Source of the DNA: Acidobacteriota bacterium
Lineage (GTDB): Bacteria > Acidobacteriota > UBA6911 > RPQK01 > JADFOI01
Reading direction: 5' to 3'
DNA length: 64,000 bases
NCBI GenBank assembly: GCA_963663035.1
Contig: OY760074.1
Span: forward strand, 832,001 to 896,000
A program made the position numbers and the translations under genes. The notes under the pieces are model-generated. The model made no database searches and was not told the origin of the DNA. It saw nothing but the letters and a program-made list of their open reading frames with translations. Of the stretch, positions 39,201 through 50,562 are shown piece by piece; position 1 is the stretch's first letter; the number at the start of each line of letters is the position of its first letter.

Positions 39201-40313
39201 TCAGTGCGGCGAATCGAGGATAGATTCGGCACCTGAGGTGCCTCCCACCTCCACCTGAGGCCGCTCCTCCATTCTCCCGCTCACCTTTAGGTTGGGATCG
39301 GCTGGAAGGTCCCAAGGGTCGGCTGCTTTGGCCTCAAGTCGAGCCGTGGCAGCACCCGCTATCATGGCGGCGTTATCCGTGGTCAGCTCGGATCGCGGAT
39401 AGTAGACGGGAAGCCCCCGCTCCTGGAAGAACTCCCTGGCGCGCCGGCGCAGTTCACTGTTACAGGAAACTCCTCCCGAGATCTGGATGGAACGGACCTC
39501 TCGGCTTCTCAGTGCCTTCTTCAAGCGGTTCAGAAGCTGATCCACAATCGATTTTTGATAGCTGGCCACCAGATCCAGAATGGGCTGGGGCAGCGGGCCC
39601 GAATTCTCTGAGACGCTCCGCTTCAGCGGAGCAATGCCGTGTTGTTTGATGTGACGCAAGGCGGCGGCTTTGATCCCACTGAAACTGAAATCGAGACGAC
39701 CGTCACTGATTTTCGGTATGGAAAAGGGAATGCTGTGGGGATCCCCTTGAGGTGCCAGTCGATCAATGACCGGTCCTCCAGGATAGCCCAAGCCTAAGTA
39801 CTTGGAGAGCTTGTCCAGGGCTTCTCCGGCAGCATCGTCTCGAGTCCTGGAAATCTCCTGATAGCTCCCCATCTCCTTTTGATAAAAGAGGCTGGTGTGC
39901 CCTCCTGAGACCACCAGAGAAAGGGCGGGCAGCTCCGCATGGGGATGATCCAGGAAAATAGAACTGAGATGTCCCTCCAGATGGTTGATTCCCACAAAAG
40001 GAATCTTCACAGCAAAGGCCAGTGCCTTTGCATAAGCCATGCCCACCATCAGCGCGCCCATTAGACCCGGTCCCCGTGTCACTGCAATGGCCGCGATGTC
40101 CTTCCAGGTAAAACCCGCCTCCTTTAAGCATTGCTCGATGACGAAGCAGATGTTCTGGACGTGCTCGCGGCTTGCCAGCTCAGGTACCACACCACCAAAA
40201 TCAGCGTGCACGGGAATCTGTGAGGCCACCACGCTGGAGAGAATGGTCCGACCGTCTTTGACCAGGGCTGCGGCCGTCTCGTCACAGCTGGACTCAATAC
40301 CCAGGACGATCAT
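39201..40313 (-). CDS. tsaD: tRNA N6-adenosine threonylcarbamoyltransferase
   Basis: [33 protein letters not shown]. Confidence 0.96.
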   Translation of the reverse strand: MIVLGIESSCDETAAALVKDGRTILSSVVASQIPVHADFGGVVPELASREHVQNICFVIEQCLKEAGFTWKDIAAIAVTRGPGLMGALMVGMAYAKALAFAVKIPFVGINHLEGHLSSIFLDHPHAELPALSLVVSGGHTSLFYQKEMGSYQEISRTRDDAAGEALDKLSKYLGLGYPGGPVIDRLAPQGDPHSIPFSIPKISDGRLDFSFSGIKAAALRHIKQHGIAPLKRSVSENSGPLPQPILDLVASYQKSIVDQLLNRLKKALRSREVRSIQISGGVSCNSELRRRAREFFQERGLPVYYPRSELTTDNAAMIAGAATARLEAKAADPWDLPADPNLKVSGRMEERPQVEVGGTSGAESILDSPH

Positions 40314-41341
40314 TTTTCGAATAGTGCCGGGATCGACTCGTCATAGGGATCTCTGGCGACCCCTTTCTCGGTGATAATGGCGGAGACGAGCCGATTGGGA
40401 GTGACGTCAAAGGCCGGATTGGCGACCGAGACGGAAGCGGGCGCCAGGACCTGGCCCTTGATCTCGGTCACTTCCCGGATGTTTCGCTGCTCGATGGGAA
40501 TGCCCTCACCAGTCGGTGTATCCAGGTCAATGGTGGAAAGAGGTGCGGCAACATAAAAAGGGATCTGGTGTTCCCTGGCCAAAACAGCCACTGAATACGT
40601 TCCGATCTTGTTGGCCACGTCCCCATTGCGGGCGATGCGATCAGCTCCCACGACCACGACCTGGATTTGATTTGCTTTCATAAAGTATCCTGCCATGTTG
40701 TCAGTGATGAGCGTGCAGGGTATTTCCTCCTTCATCATCTCCCAGGCGGTCAGCCGCGAACCCTGAAGGAAGGGTCGCGTCTCGTCGGCAAAAACCTGGA
40801 TCTTCTTTCCATTTTCAACAGCCGCTCGCACCACACCCAAGGCAGTTCCATAGCCGGCCGTTGCCAGAGCGCCGGCATTGCAATGGGTCAACAAAGTCAT
40901 CTTCTCCGAGAGGAGTTGCTGTCCATGTTCTCCGATCTTGCGGTTAGTCTCGATATCTTCTCGATGGATCGTGATGGCTTCCGTGGTCAAAGCGCTTTGA
41001 ATCTCTTCCAGCGGCTGGTCCTTGACTTTCTGAAACACCTTTTCCATGCGTTCAATGGCCCAGAAGAGATTGCGCGCCGTGGGACGCGTTTTATGGATCC
41101 TGCGGGCGATGGCGGCGAACTCTTCCTCCACGTTTTCCCTGGAGGCCAGGTTTGCAACCCCCAGGGCGATCCCCATAGCCGCGGCAACTCCGATGGCGGG
41201 AGCTCCTCGAATCACCATGGTCTCAATGGCTTGGGCCACTTCTTCCACGCTTCGATAGGTGTTGTAAATTTCCTCGGTAGGCAGTAATCGCTGATCGATC
41301 ATGACCACGCCATCGTCGGTCCACTCAATAGTCCGAATCAT
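40310..41341 (-). CDS. mtnA: methylthioribose-1-phosphate isomerase
   Basis: [41 protein letters not shown]. Confidence 0.96.
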   Translation of the reverse strand: MIRTIEWTDDGVVMIDQRLLPTEEIYNTYRSVEEVAQAIETMVIRGAPAIGVAAAMGIALGVANLASRENVEEEFAAIARRIHKTRPTARNLFWAIERMEKVFQKVKDQPLEEIQSALTTEAITIHREDIETNRKIGEHGQQLLSEKMTLLTHCNAGALATAGYGTALGVVRAAVENGKKIQVFADETRPFLQGSRLTAWEMMKEEIPCTLITDNMAGYFMKANQIQVVVVGADRIARNGDVANKIGTYSVAVLAREHQIPFYVAAPLSTIDLDTPTGEGIPIEQRNIREVTEIKGQVLAPASVSVANPAFDVTPNRLVSAIITEKGVARDPYDESIPALFEK

Positions 41342-41355
41342 GCCTCAACCTTACA

Positions 41356-41532
41356 ACAGACCACAGACCACGGACAAGACAGGAGGCAGGAGGCAGGAGG
41401 CAGGAGGTAGGAGGTAGGAGGCAGGAGGTAGGAGGCAGGAGGTAGGAGGCAGACCACAGCCAGGTGTTAGGTTACCAGCTTCTCTCTCCTCTCTCTTTGC
41501 GCGCGAAGCGCGTCTTCTGCCTCCTGCCTCCT
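41356..41532. repeat. heptamer repeat cluster (ACAGACC; AGGAGGY x~10; CTCCTGC)
   Basis: read directly; lies in the divergent mtnA/msbA intergenic region. Confidence 0.85.
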
Positions 41533-41569
41533 TTCTTCTAGCCATGCTATCCTGCTAAAATCTTTCCGA

Positions 41570-43369
41570 GTGAAGGATTTTCGCAAACTTGTACCCTACA
41601 TCCGCTCCTATTCCCATTTGCTGGCTTTAGCTGTAGTGCTTCTGGTGCTCAGTAGTGCTCTTGAGACGGTCCTGATCATGCTATTGGCGCCGATCTTTAA
41701 CCAGTGGGCGGAGGGGGTCGGTGTGGTTGTGGATGAGGATGCAAAGTTTGCTTTTCTCCAGCAGCTCCTGGGCTTGAGTCCAGACAATCTGGGACGGATC
41801 GCCGCTTGTCTGGTTGTTTTCGCGCTCCTCAAGGGGGTCTTTCTTTACTGCGCCGAATACTCCATGAGTTATTCCGGTCAGAAGGTGGTAGCCGCTATCA
41901 GGAAGCAGCTGTATGGGCATCTCTTGAGTCAGTCTCTGGCCTTCTATGCTGCATTTCCCACCGGGAAATTGATGTCGCGTGTCGTTACCGATACCGAGCG
42001 ACTGCAGGAAACAGTGAGTAAAACGCTGACAGACCTGATCCGCCAAATTCTGCTGCTGGTGTTTTTTCTGGGTCTGGTTTTCTACATCGATTGGAGGCTG
42101 GCCCTGTTGTCTCTTTTAATTGCCCCGCTGGTCCTATCGATCACTCTCAAGCTGGGCCGGAAGATGCGTAAGGTCAGTCAGCTCAGTCAGGAGAATCTTG
42201 CCGAGATCTCGCATGTGCTTCAGGAGACCATTTCCGGTCACCAGATTGTTCAGGCCTTTGGCATGGAGAAGTACGAGGAGAAACGGTTCGGTCACTCAAC
42301 CGATCAGCTGGTGGGCACGAATCTCAAAGCTGCCCGCATCAGTGCACTCAGCTCACCCTTGGTGGAATTCATCGGTTATGTTTCCTTCGTCCCGTTTTTT
42401 CTCTACGCCGACTATCAAATCAATCGGGGTTTTACCATTGGCGCCTTTGTCGTTTTCGTGGCTGCACTCTTTCGATTGTATGAACCCGTCCGAAAACTCT
42501 CCCGCATGCATTTGCATTTTCAGCAGGCCTTTGCCTCTTCCAATCGAATCTTCCAACTGCTGGAAACCCATGTTGATATTCAGGATTCACAAGGTGCACG
42601 CAACTTACCATTGTTTCAGGAAAAACTTGTCTTTGACGACGTTTCCTTCCGCTACCAGGGCTCCGGCTCACCAGCCGTCTTGCGGGGCATTAACCTGGAA
42701 ATCAACAAGGGGGAGATTGTGGCGCTGGTGGGAAGCAGCGGCGCTGGGAAGAGCAGTCTGGCTGCTTTGATACCTCGCTTTTTCGATGTGACCTCCGGGT
42801 TGATCAGCATCGATGGAAGCGACATTCGTGAGGTGACCTTGTCCTCCCTGAGGGGTCAGATTGCGATCGTTACTCAGGACACGTTCTTGTTTAACGATAC
42901 CGTGAAGAACAATATTGCCTACGGAAGAGAGGATTGCACTCTGGAGGAGATCGTTGAGTCGTCGCGGGCCGCCCTGATCCATGATTTCATCACCACTCTT
43001 CCCCAGGGATACGACACCGTGATTGGAGAGCGGGGGAAGCGGGTTTCCGGCGGCCAGCGCCAGAGGATTGCCATCGCCCGCGCCCTTTTGAAAAAGGCGC
43101 CCATTCTGATTCTGGACGAAGCGACTTCGGCCTTGGACAGCGAATCGGAACGCCTGGTTCAGGAGGCCCTTAATAACCTCATGCAGCACTGTACGACCCT
43201 GGTCATTGCTCACCGGCTGTCAACGGTTCGACTGGCCCACAGAATCATCGTCCTTGAAGCAGGTCAAGTTGTTGAAGTGGGAGACCACCAGAGTTTGTTA
43301 AAGTGTTCAGGAGTGTATCGAAAGCTTTATGAGGTTCAGTTTGAAGGTGCCCAGTTCGTATCATCATAG
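41570..43369 (+). CDS. msbA: lipid A flippase-like ABC exporter
   Basis: TM domain plus GSSGAGKS, SGGQRQR, LDEATS. Confidence 0.85.
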   Translation: MKDFRKLVPYIRSYSHLLALAVVLLVLSSALETVLIMLLAPIFNQWAEGVGVVVDEDAKFAFLQQLLGLSPDNLGRIAACLVVFALLKGVFLYCAEYSMSYSGQKVVAAIRKQLYGHLLSQSLAFYAAFPTGKLMSRVVTDTERLQETVSKTLTDLIRQILLLVFFLGLVFYIDWRLALLSLLIAPLVLSITLKLGRKMRKVSQLSQENLAEISHVLQETISGHQIVQAFGMEKYEEKRFGHSTDQLVGTNLKAARISALSSPLVEFIGYVSFVPFFLYADYQINRGFTIGAFVVFVAALFRLYEPVRKLSRMHLHFQQAFASSNRIFQLLETHVDIQDSQGARNLPLFQEKLVFDDVSFRYQGSGSPAVLRGINLEINKGEIVALVGSSGAGKSSLAALIPRFFDVTSGLISIDGSDIREVTLSSLRGQIAIVTQDTFLFNDTVKNNIAYGREDCTLEEIVESSRAALIHDFITTLPQGYDTVIGERGKRVSGGQRQRIAIARALLKKAPILILDEATSALDSESERLVQEALNNLMQHCTTLVIAHRLSTVRLAHRIIVLEAGQVVEVGDHQSLLKCSGVYRKLYEVQFEGAQFVSS

Positions 43370-43370
43370 T

Positions 43371-43400
43371 CTAGCTCGCATTATGCATAATGCGGGCTAG
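43371..43400. repeat. 30-bp near-perfect palindrome; fused MITE ends (footprint)
   Basis: CTAGCTCGCATTATGCATAATGCGGGCTAG, one mismatch. Confidence 0.8.
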
Positions 43401-43418
43401 GGGGAAAGTAGGGTAATT

Positions 43419-44291
43419 ATGCGCAGTATGACAGGATTTGGACAGGCCCAGCACTCCAACCAGGAGATGGATCTGAGTGTTGAGATTAAGACAGTCAACA
43501 GCCGTTACCTCGACCTGCATTTACATCTTCCCAGGGAATTGTCTTCTCTGGAGCCGGAGCTGCGAAAGGAGGCGCAATCCTTTCTCAGTCGGGGTCGGGT
43601 GGAGATCCACCTTGCTATCGATCTCAAATCCAACCACCATTACGACCTGAATGAGGCGCTGGTGGAAAATTATCTGTCGGCCGCTAAGAAGGTCCAGTCC
43701 CTGGGCGCGAAAGGCGGGCTTGATGTGTCGGCTATCTTGCAACTGCCAGGAGTGGTCGCACCACGTCAGATGGACTTCTCAGCCGATGGGCTCATGGAGA
43801 GCACTGTGGAGGCCTTTCGGGAAGGCCTGGAGAATGTGGTAAGCGCCCGCAGCAGCGAAGGAGCCGCTCTCAAGAAGGATTTAGAGGATCGACTCGAGCA
43901 CCTGGCTGAACTGACCCGTGGAATCGCTGCGGAGGCGGAACACATTCCCGATTATTATCGGAAGAAGCTGAAGCAGCGCATCCAAAACCTCACCCAGGAA
44001 AAACACGTGGATGAGCACCGATTGGCCCAGGAGATTCTCCACTACGCTGAGCGTGCCGATATTGCGGAGGAAATCACACGTTTGAAAAGTCACATATCCC
44101 GCTTCCAGGAAGAACTGAGTGCCTCTGAGGATAAGGCAGTTGGTAGACGACTGGACTTCCTGAGTCAGGAGATGGGCCGGGAGATGAACACGGTTCTGTC
44201 CAAATCTCCAATGACAATCATCTCAGACTTTGCCGTTGAAGGGAAGATGGAGATCGAGAAAATAAGAGAACAAGTTCAAAATGTCGAATAA
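43419..44291 (+). CDS. yicC: YicC/YloC family endoribonuclease
   Basis: MRSMTGFG, VNSRYLD, GRRLDFL.QE..RE.NT, REQVQNVE. Confidence 0.94.
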   Translation: MRSMTGFGQAQHSNQEMDLSVEIKTVNSRYLDLHLHLPRELSSLEPELRKEAQSFLSRGRVEIHLAIDLKSNHHYDLNEALVENYLSAAKKVQSLGAKGGLDVSAILQLPGVVAPRQMDFSADGLMESTVEAFREGLENVVSARSSEGAALKKDLEDRLEHLAELTRGIAAEAEHIPDYYRKKLKQRIQNLTQEKHVDEHRLAQEILHYAERADIAEEITRLKSHISRFQEELSASEDKAVGRRLDFLSQEMGREMNTVLSKSPMTIISDFAVEGKMEIEKIREQVQNVE

Positions 44292-44904
44292 AGGAAGTCT
44301 CATTGTGATGAGCGCTCCCTCAGGCTGTGGGAAGACCAGTTTGGCAAAGCGGGCTCTAGAGGAAATATCAGATCTGACTTTCTCTGTGAGCCATACCACA
44401 CGGCAGCCACGGGAGGGAGAACGGGAAGGAGTGGACTATTTCTTTATTCAAAAGAACGATTTTCAGAAGATGGTTGAGCAAGACGCCTTCCTGGAGCATG
44501 CCCATGTTTACGGAAATGACTATGGAACAAGCCGGACTTTCGTGGACGCAAAGCTGGCTGACGGGTATGATGTACTCTTGGACCTGGACGTTCAGGGTGC
44601 CGTGCAGGTTAAGGAGCGTTACCCTGCAGCCATTCTGCTTTTCGTGTTACCCCCCTCACTCGAGGCGCTCCGGGGGCGATTGAGGAACCGCGGTCTGGAT
44701 GATCCAGGTGTTATTGCTGATAGGCTTAAGATCGCGAAAGAGGTCATCGAAGATTACACAAAGTATCAGTTTGTTATCATCAATAAGGAGATAGAGGAAT
44801 CGTTGCTTGAGTTGAAATCCATCGTCCAGGTTGCCGGCTATCGCATGGAGCAGCGAAAGGCACTGGCAGAGGAAATCCTCGAGACTTTTCCGGAAAGCCC
44901 ATGA
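44281..44904 (+). CDS. gmk: guanylate kinase
   Basis: APSGCGKT, TTRQPREGE..GVDY, DVQGA. Confidence 0.96.
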   Translation: MSNKGSLIVMSAPSGCGKTSLAKRALEEISDLTFSVSHTTRQPREGEREGVDYFFIQKNDFQKMVEQDAFLEHAHVYGNDYGTSRTFVDAKLADGYDVLLDLDVQGAVQVKERYPAAILLFVLPPSLEALRGRLRNRGLDDPGVIADRLKIAKEVIEDYTKYQFVIINKEIEESLLELKSIVQVAGYRMEQRKALAEEILETFPESP

Positions 44905-45125
44905 TTATCAACATTCCAGACGAGTTTGACAGTAAGTTCAGGTTTATTATTGTGGCCGCCGAGCGGGCAAAACAGCTTCAAAATGGAGCGCCTGCCAGAA
45001 TTTCGGTCCAGTCAAGAAAGCCATCATATATCGCCATCAGAGAGGTGGAGCAGCATCTCGTACCTTTCCAGGTTCTCGAGACTAAACCAGCAGATGAGGA
45101 AGAGGAGGAAGAGACGCAGGAGTGA
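44901..45125 (+). CDS. rpoZ: RNA polymerase omega subunit
   Basis: SKFRFIIVAAERAKQL; synteny. Confidence 0.92.
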   Translation: MIINIPDEFDSKFRFIIVAAERAKQLQNGAPARISVQSRKPSYIAIREVEQHLVPFQVLETKPADEEEEEETQE

Positions 45126-46318
45126 AGGTCATACTGGGAGTGACGGGTTGCATAGGAGCCTATAAGTCGGCCGTCGTCCTCCGGCTGCTGCAAAAAGAAG
45201 GTTTTGAGGTCCTCCCCGTCATGACTCGGGCTGCCCAACAGTTTATTACCCCGCTCACTCTGGAGAAGCTCTCCGGTCATAAGGTCGTTTCGGATCTTTT
45301 CAGTGATCACACGGTTCAAATCGAGCATATTTCCCTGGCCCGCCAGAGCGATTTGCTCGTGGTGGCTCCAGCTACCGCCAATATCCTGGCCAAGTTTGCC
45401 CAGGGTATTGCTGACGATTTCTTGAGTACGCTCTACCTCTCAACCACGACGCCCGTCATCATCGCACCTGCCATGAATGTTGAGATGTGGCACCATCCTG
45501 CGACGCAGGAGAATTTGGAGACTCTGAGGCAGAGAGGAACGGAGATTGTCGAGCCAGGTTCCGGTTATCTTGCCTGTGGGGAAGAAGGCGAGGGACGCTT
45601 GGCAGAGCCTGAACAGATCCTGGAGGCGGTGCTGAACACCTTCACCAGGAAGAAATCTCTGCTGAACAAGAGGGTGCTCATCACCGCAGGCCCCACCATT
45701 GAGGCTCTGGACCCGGTTCGCTTCATTTCTAATCGCTCCTCCGGAAAGATGGGTTATGCCCTGGCCCGTGAAGCTCATTTGCGGGGTGCCCAAGTCGTGC
45801 TCATCTCGGGCCCCACCCACCTGGAACCCCCGGAAGGGGTCAAGCTTGTCGGGGTCCGGTCCGCTGCAGAAATGGCCAAGGCCGTCTTTGATCACTTTCC
45901 CGATTCAGATGTTGTGGTGATGGCAGCAGCGGTCTCCGATTTCACGCCGGCAAGCGTCTCTTCTGAAAAGTTAAAAAAGGAGAATGTGGAGCCGGTCATC
46001 CAGTTGGAAGAGACAGTGGATATCCTGAAGGAGCTGGGTCAGCGAAAGGAGGGGCAATATTTGGTTGGATTTGCCGCCGAGTCAGGCCCAGTGCGTGAAG
46101 AGGCCCGTAAGAAGCTGCAGGAAAAGGGTTTGGATCTGATTGTCGGAAACGATATTTCTCGGGAGGATCAAGGTTTTCAATCGGAGTTCAACCAGGTGCT
46201 TCTGATCGACTGCGAGGGGAAGGAAGAAGAACTTCCTCGACTTCCTAAAACCGATATCGCTGCCATACTCTGGGACCGAATCCAGCAGAGAGAATCCGAA
46301 AGACAGAATGTCTCTTGA
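45122..46318 (+). CDS. coaBC: phosphopantothenoylcysteine decarboxylase/ligase
   Basis: APATAN, PAMN, LACG, DPVRFISNRSSGKMG, GFAAE. Confidence 0.96.
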   Translation: MKVILGVTGCIGAYKSAVVLRLLQKEGFEVLPVMTRAAQQFITPLTLEKLSGHKVVSDLFSDHTVQIEHISLARQSDLLVVAPATANILAKFAQGIADDFLSTLYLSTTTPVIIAPAMNVEMWHHPATQENLETLRQRGTEIVEPGSGYLACGEEGEGRLAEPEQILEAVLNTFTRKKSLLNKRVLITAGPTIEALDPVRFISNRSSGKMGYALAREAHLRGAQVVLISGPTHLEPPEGVKLVGVRSAAEMAKAVFDHFPDSDVVVMAAAVSDFTPASVSSEKLKKENVEPVIQLEETVDILKELGQRKEGQYLVGFAAESGPVREEARKKLQEKGLDLIVGNDISREDQGFQSEFNQVLLIDCEGKEEELPRLPKTDIAAILWDRIQQRESERQNVS

Positions 46319-46321
46319 CTG

Positions 46322-47236
46322 ATGCCCAGATCAGGTTTCATCGCCCTCATGGGCCGTCCCAACGTCGGTAAATCCACCATCCTGAATCTTCTCGTCGGAG
46401 AGAAGATCGCCATCGTCAGCAATAAGCCTCAAACGACGCGCAATCGTATTCTTGGGGTTCGAACCGGCGAAGACAGCCAGATGGTCTTCGTCGATACTCC
46501 TGGAATTCATCGTCCTGGTTACCTGTTGAATAAACGGATGATGAATGAGGTCTACGATTCGATCCAAGGGGTTGACCTCCTGATTCACATCGTTGATGTC
46601 TCTGAGAGGTATGGCAAAGGAGAAGGATATGTCCTGAGCTTGGTCCAGAAGCTCCGCCTGCCGACCTTCCTGGTCTTCAATAAAATGGATTTGATCAACA
46701 AGGGCAAAGTTCTTCCGATGATGGAATTTTACAGCCAGCAGTTTGAGTATGGAGAGATCATTCCCCTTTCAGCTACCCAGGGGGACAATGTGGAGTTGCT
46801 TGAGGAGAAGATCGTAGAGAAGCTTCCCACCAGGGAGTGGTTCTACCCGGCTGACTACATCACCGATCAACCAGAGCTGTTCATTGTCTCGGAAATCGTT
46901 CGGGAAAAAGTTCTCCACCACAGTCGGCAAGAGCTGCCCTACTCGACGGCTGTTCTGGTGGAGGAGTTTGATGACAGTAAAAGAAAGAAAGGATTCGTGC
47001 GGATTACAGCCTCCATCATCGTGGATAAGGACAACCACAAGAAAATCATCATCGGGCGCGCGGGAAGCATGATCAAAGTGATTGGAACAGAAGCACGGCT
47101 TGACCTGCAGACTTTTCTCGGTGTCCCCAAGGTCTACCTTGACTTGAACGTCAAGGTCATCGCAGGTTGGAGAGATCAGGAGCATATGTTGGACGAACTG
47201 GGTGTCAGGTCACGGCTCTATACTCAAAAGGAGTGA
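46322..47236 (+). CDS. era: GTPase Era
   Basis: GRPNVGKST, QTTR, DTPG, NKMD, KH domain. Confidence 0.96.
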   Translation: MPRSGFIALMGRPNVGKSTILNLLVGEKIAIVSNKPQTTRNRILGVRTGEDSQMVFVDTPGIHRPGYLLNKRMMNEVYDSIQGVDLLIHIVDVSERYGKGEGYVLSLVQKLRLPTFLVFNKMDLINKGKVLPMMEFYSQQFEYGEIIPLSATQGDNVELLEEKIVEKLPTREWFYPADYITDQPELFIVSEIVREKVLHHSRQELPYSTAVLVEEFDDSKRKKGFVRITASIIVDKDNHKKIIIGRAGSMIKVIGTEARLDLQTFLGVPKVYLDLNVKVIAGWRDQEHMLDELGVRSRLYTQKE

Positions 47237-47871
47237 GAAGAGAGGTTGTTGAGCAACTCAAATTTTTTTCGAATCTCGGTGTGACTCACCTCCGGGTGCC
47301 AACCGAGGAAAGTCCCCAGTCACTTGAGGACATCCGCCAGGAATTGGGGGATTGCCAGCGGTGCAAACTGTGGAAAAGCCGCACGCGTATCGTGTTTGGG
47401 GTAGGGAATCGGAAGGCTGATCTCATGTTTGTGGGGGAGGCGCCTGGGGCGGACGAAGATGCTCAGGGGATACCTTTTGTGGGGCGGGCCGGCCAGCTCC
47501 TGACCAAGATCATCGAAGCCATGGGGCTCAAGCGAGAACAGGTGTACATCGCCAACATTCTAAAATGCCGACCTCCCGACAACCGCAATCCGGAGCCGGA
47601 TGAAGTGGAAAGTTGTGAAGGTTTCTTGTCCAAACAAATCGAAGCTGTTCAACCGAAAATTATCGTGGCTTTAGGCAGGTATGCAGCTCAACTCCTGCTG
47701 CAAACGGATACTCCCATTTCCAAGATTCGGGGAGAGTTCTTTCAATTTCAAAGCAGTCTCCTCATTCCCACCTTTCACCCTTCCTATCTTCTGCGCAACC
47801 CTTCGGCCAAGCGCCATGTGTGGGAGGATATGCAAGCCGTACAAGCACGCTTAAAAGAACTTGGAACTTGA
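47233..47871 (+). CDS. family 4 uracil-DNA glycosylase
   Basis: CQRC.L, GEAPG, KCRPP, FHPSYLL. Confidence 0.93.
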   Translation: MRREVVEQLKFFSNLGVTHLRVPTEESPQSLEDIRQELGDCQRCKLWKSRTRIVFGVGNRKADLMFVGEAPGADEDAQGIPFVGRAGQLLTKIIEAMGLKREQVYIANILKCRPPDNRNPEPDEVESCEGFLSKQIEAVQPKIIVALGRYAAQLLLQTDTPISKIRGEFFQFQSSLLIPTFHPSYLLRNPSAKRHVWEDMQAVQARLKELGT

Positions 47872-50135
47872 AGTCTAGCCCATCTTCCTTTGCCGATGTT
47901 GCGGTGCCTTTTCCTCTTTTCCAAACCTTTACCTACTCTGTCCCGGAGCCCATCAGAAACGGGCTGACTCCCGGGTGTCGTGTCCTTGTGCCCTTTGGTA
48001 ACCGCCATCTGATCGGTCTGGCCACCAAGGTGCATCACGAGAGCAGGCCGGGTAAAGTCAAGCCAGTTCGCCAGATTCTGGACCGGGAACCTCTCCTCTC
48101 TCCTGCAATGCTCAAACTCGGTCTATGGATGGCTTCCTATTACCTTGCTCCGCCCGGGGAGGCGCTACGAGTGATGTTGCCACCCGGGCTGTTAACCAGG
48201 AAGGTCACGCTGGATCAGGATGGACGACTGCAGAAGGTTTGGCCCGCCCAGCGACGGCTGGCCGTGGTGGAAATCTCTTCCGCTGCTGCGAAGCTGACAG
48301 AGAGACAGGGGGAGGTGCTTGAGTTGCTGCGAAAGCGGACACTTCCCGTCCTGGTGCAGCCCTTCCTGCGTGAGGCGGGCTGCAGTCAGTCGGTGCTTGC
48401 AGGCCTGACCTCTCGAGGTGTCATCCGTATTGAGGCGGTCGAGATGTATCGCTCACCCTGGACTCAGTCCGAGACCTCCCCGCAGGTGACGAAACATTCG
48501 CTGAACTCAGACCAGAATCGAATCTTGAAAAAGATTGAGCAGCATCTCTCGGTTGGCCAGTTTCGCAGCCTCTTGATCCACGGCGTTACAGGAAGTGGCA
48601 AGACAGAGATCTACCTGAATGCAATCGCCACTGTCCTGGCTCAAGGACGCTCAGCGCTGGTTTTGGTTCCTGAGATCGGTTTGACTCCTCAGATTTCCCA
48701 TTACTTTAGAGCCTGGTTCGGAAAGGAGGTCGCGATTCTGCACAGCGCCTTGTCTGACGGGGAGCGATTCGATCAATGGCGGCGAATCCGGGAGGGTCAA
48801 GCCCGTGTGGTCGTGGGGACTCGTTCGGCCGTTTTTGCTCCACTCCCCAACTTGGGGATCATCGTCGTCGATGAAGAGCAGGACAGCTCCTACAAGCAAG
48901 AAGAATTGCCTCGCTACCATGCTCGTGACGTTGCCCTCAAACGAGGAGAAATTGAAAAGACGCTGGTTATTCTCGGTAGTGCAACCCCTCAATTGGAAAC
49001 GTTCTACCACGCAGTGCATGGTGGGAATCCCGAGTATGAGATCCTCAGCTCACGGATCCTGAAACGTCCTCTGCCAAAAGTACAACTTGTCGACATGAGA
49101 GAGGAGTTTCAAAAGCTTGGCAAAGCGACCGTCATCTCACAGGCCCTGAGAGAATCCATTGCTTTGAGGTTGAGGCGGAGGGAGCAGGTTCTGGTCCTGC
49201 TCAATAGGCGAGGATTTGCATCCGCCCTGCTGTGTCGAAGCTGTGGAAGCACAGAGATGTGTGAGAACTGCAGCCTCAGCCTCACCTATCACCAAGGCTC
49301 GAACCGTCTCCTTTGTCATTATTGCGGGTTTGTGAAGGCTGTTCCAAAACAGTGTGGGACCTGCGGAAGGGAGTACATCCACTTCCTGGGTCACGGCACT
49401 GAAAAGGTCCAGACCATTCTGGAAGAACTCTTTCCCGAAGCGGCCATAGACCGTCTGGACCGGGACACGGTTCAGAGGAAGGGAAGTTCCGAGAGGATTC
49501 TGGGAGCTTTCGCTTCGGGTCAGACAGACATCTTGATCGGGACGCAAATGATCGCCAAGGGGCACGATTTTCCACGGGTCACTCTGGTGGGAGTCTTGAG
49601 TGCCGAGCAGGCTCTCCGGATGGCGGACTTTCGCGCTGCCGAAAGAACCTTTCAGCTTCTGACCCAGGTTGCCGGGCGGGCAGGAAGGGGCGAACATCCC
49701 GGGGAAGTGATTATCCAGACCTACTTTCCCAATCATTACAGCCTGAAACACGCTCGTTCCCAGGATTACCGGCTCTTCTTCGAAGAGGAGATTCGTTTCC
49801 GCCGGAGTTTTCACTATCCCCCCTTTTCAGCGCTGGCCAATGTCATGATCCAGGGGAGGCCACAGAAGAAAGCCCAACTCCTGGCAAAGCAGGTGGCGGA
49901 TTTGTTGCTTCATCAGCGGGGCCGCCTTTCAGCAAAGAGTCGAATGCGAGTTCTGGGACCTGCTCAGGCACCCATCGAGAAACTGAAAGGCGACTACCGC
50001 TTTCAGATCTTGATCAAGAGCACCAGTCGGAAGGAACTTCATGATGTGCTGGAGTCTGCCCTGGATGAGTTCAGTCAAAAAGGGGGGACCTTGAAGAGGC
50101 CCTCCATTGATATTGACCCCATTAACTTGCTCTAA
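47868..50135 (+). CDS. priA: primosomal protein N'
   Basis: GVTGSGKT, DEEQ, Cys-rich cluster, GTQMIAKG, QVAGRAGR. Confidence 0.96.
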   Translation: MKSSPSSFADVAVPFPLFQTFTYSVPEPIRNGLTPGCRVLVPFGNRHLIGLATKVHHESRPGKVKPVRQILDREPLLSPAMLKLGLWMASYYLAPPGEALRVMLPPGLLTRKVTLDQDGRLQKVWPAQRRLAVVEISSAAAKLTERQGEVLELLRKRTLPVLVQPFLREAGCSQSVLAGLTSRGVIRIEAVEMYRSPWTQSETSPQVTKHSLNSDQNRILKKIEQHLSVGQFRSLLIHGVTGSGKTEIYLNAIATVLAQGRSALVLVPEIGLTPQISHYFRAWFGKEVAILHSALSDGERFDQWRRIREGQARVVVGTRSAVFAPLPNLGIIVVDEEQDSSYKQEELPRYHARDVALKRGEIEKTLVILGSATPQLETFYHAVHGGNPEYEILSSRILKRPLPKVQLVDMREEFQKLGKATVISQALRESIALRLRRREQVLVLLNRRGFASALLCRSCGSTEMCENCSLSLTYHQGSNRLLCHYCGFVKAVPKQCGTCGREYIHFLGHGTEKVQTILEELFPEAAIDRLDRDTVQRKGSSERILGAFASGQTDILIGTQMIAKGHDFPRVTLVGVLSAEQALRMADFRAAERTFQLLTQVAGRAGRGEHPGEVIIQTYFPNHYSLKHARSQDYRLFFEEEIRFRRSFHYPPFSALANVMIQGRPQKKAQLLAKQVADLLLHQRGRLSAKSRMRVLGPAQAPIEKLKGDYRFQILIKSTSRKELHDVLESALDEFSQKGGTLKRPSIDIDPINLL

Positions 50136-50142
50136 TGGAAGA

Positions 50143-50562
50143 GTGGCGGCAGTTCGAATTCATCCGAGAGTTTTGGAGAAAATGGTCGAACATGCTCGTC
50201 GTGAATACCCGCTGGAGTGTTGTGGGCTCTTGTCAGGCCAGGGGCGAGAAATCGATAGCATACGAGCGACCGGCAATCAAAAGCGCAGCCGTAAGGAATT
50301 CTTTATCCCACTGGAAGAACTCTTTTCCTTCTTTCAGGGACTGCGAGAGAGTGGTCAGGAACATCTAGGAATCTACCATTCTCATCCCCGCTCGGAATGC
50401 CTTCCTTCTGCCCGCGATGTGGCTGAGTTTCATTATCGGGAGGTGAGCTACTGGATTGTCTCATTGCAAGGTGAGAAGGCCGATATCGGCTGTTTTCTCT
50501 GGGATGGGGCGGGTTTAAAAAGCGTGTCCTTCAGAGTCGTCCGAGACAGAGGTGAAAAATGA
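50143..50562 (+). CDS. JAB/Mov34 (M67) metallopeptidase
   Basis: ECCGLL, YHSHP....PS..D. Confidence 0.88.
   Translation: MAAVRIHPRVLEKMVEHARREYPLECCGLLSGQGREIDSIRATGNQKRSRKEFFIPLEELFSFFQGLRESGQEHLGIYHSHPRSECLPSARDVAEFHYREVSYWIVSLQGEKADIGCFLWDGAGLKSVSFRVVRDRGEK

Noticed and set aside
39163-39290. C-terminal extension of TsaD toward the convergent brx gene
   Set aside because: The low-complexity tail has no domain features and is probably simple stop-codon drift.
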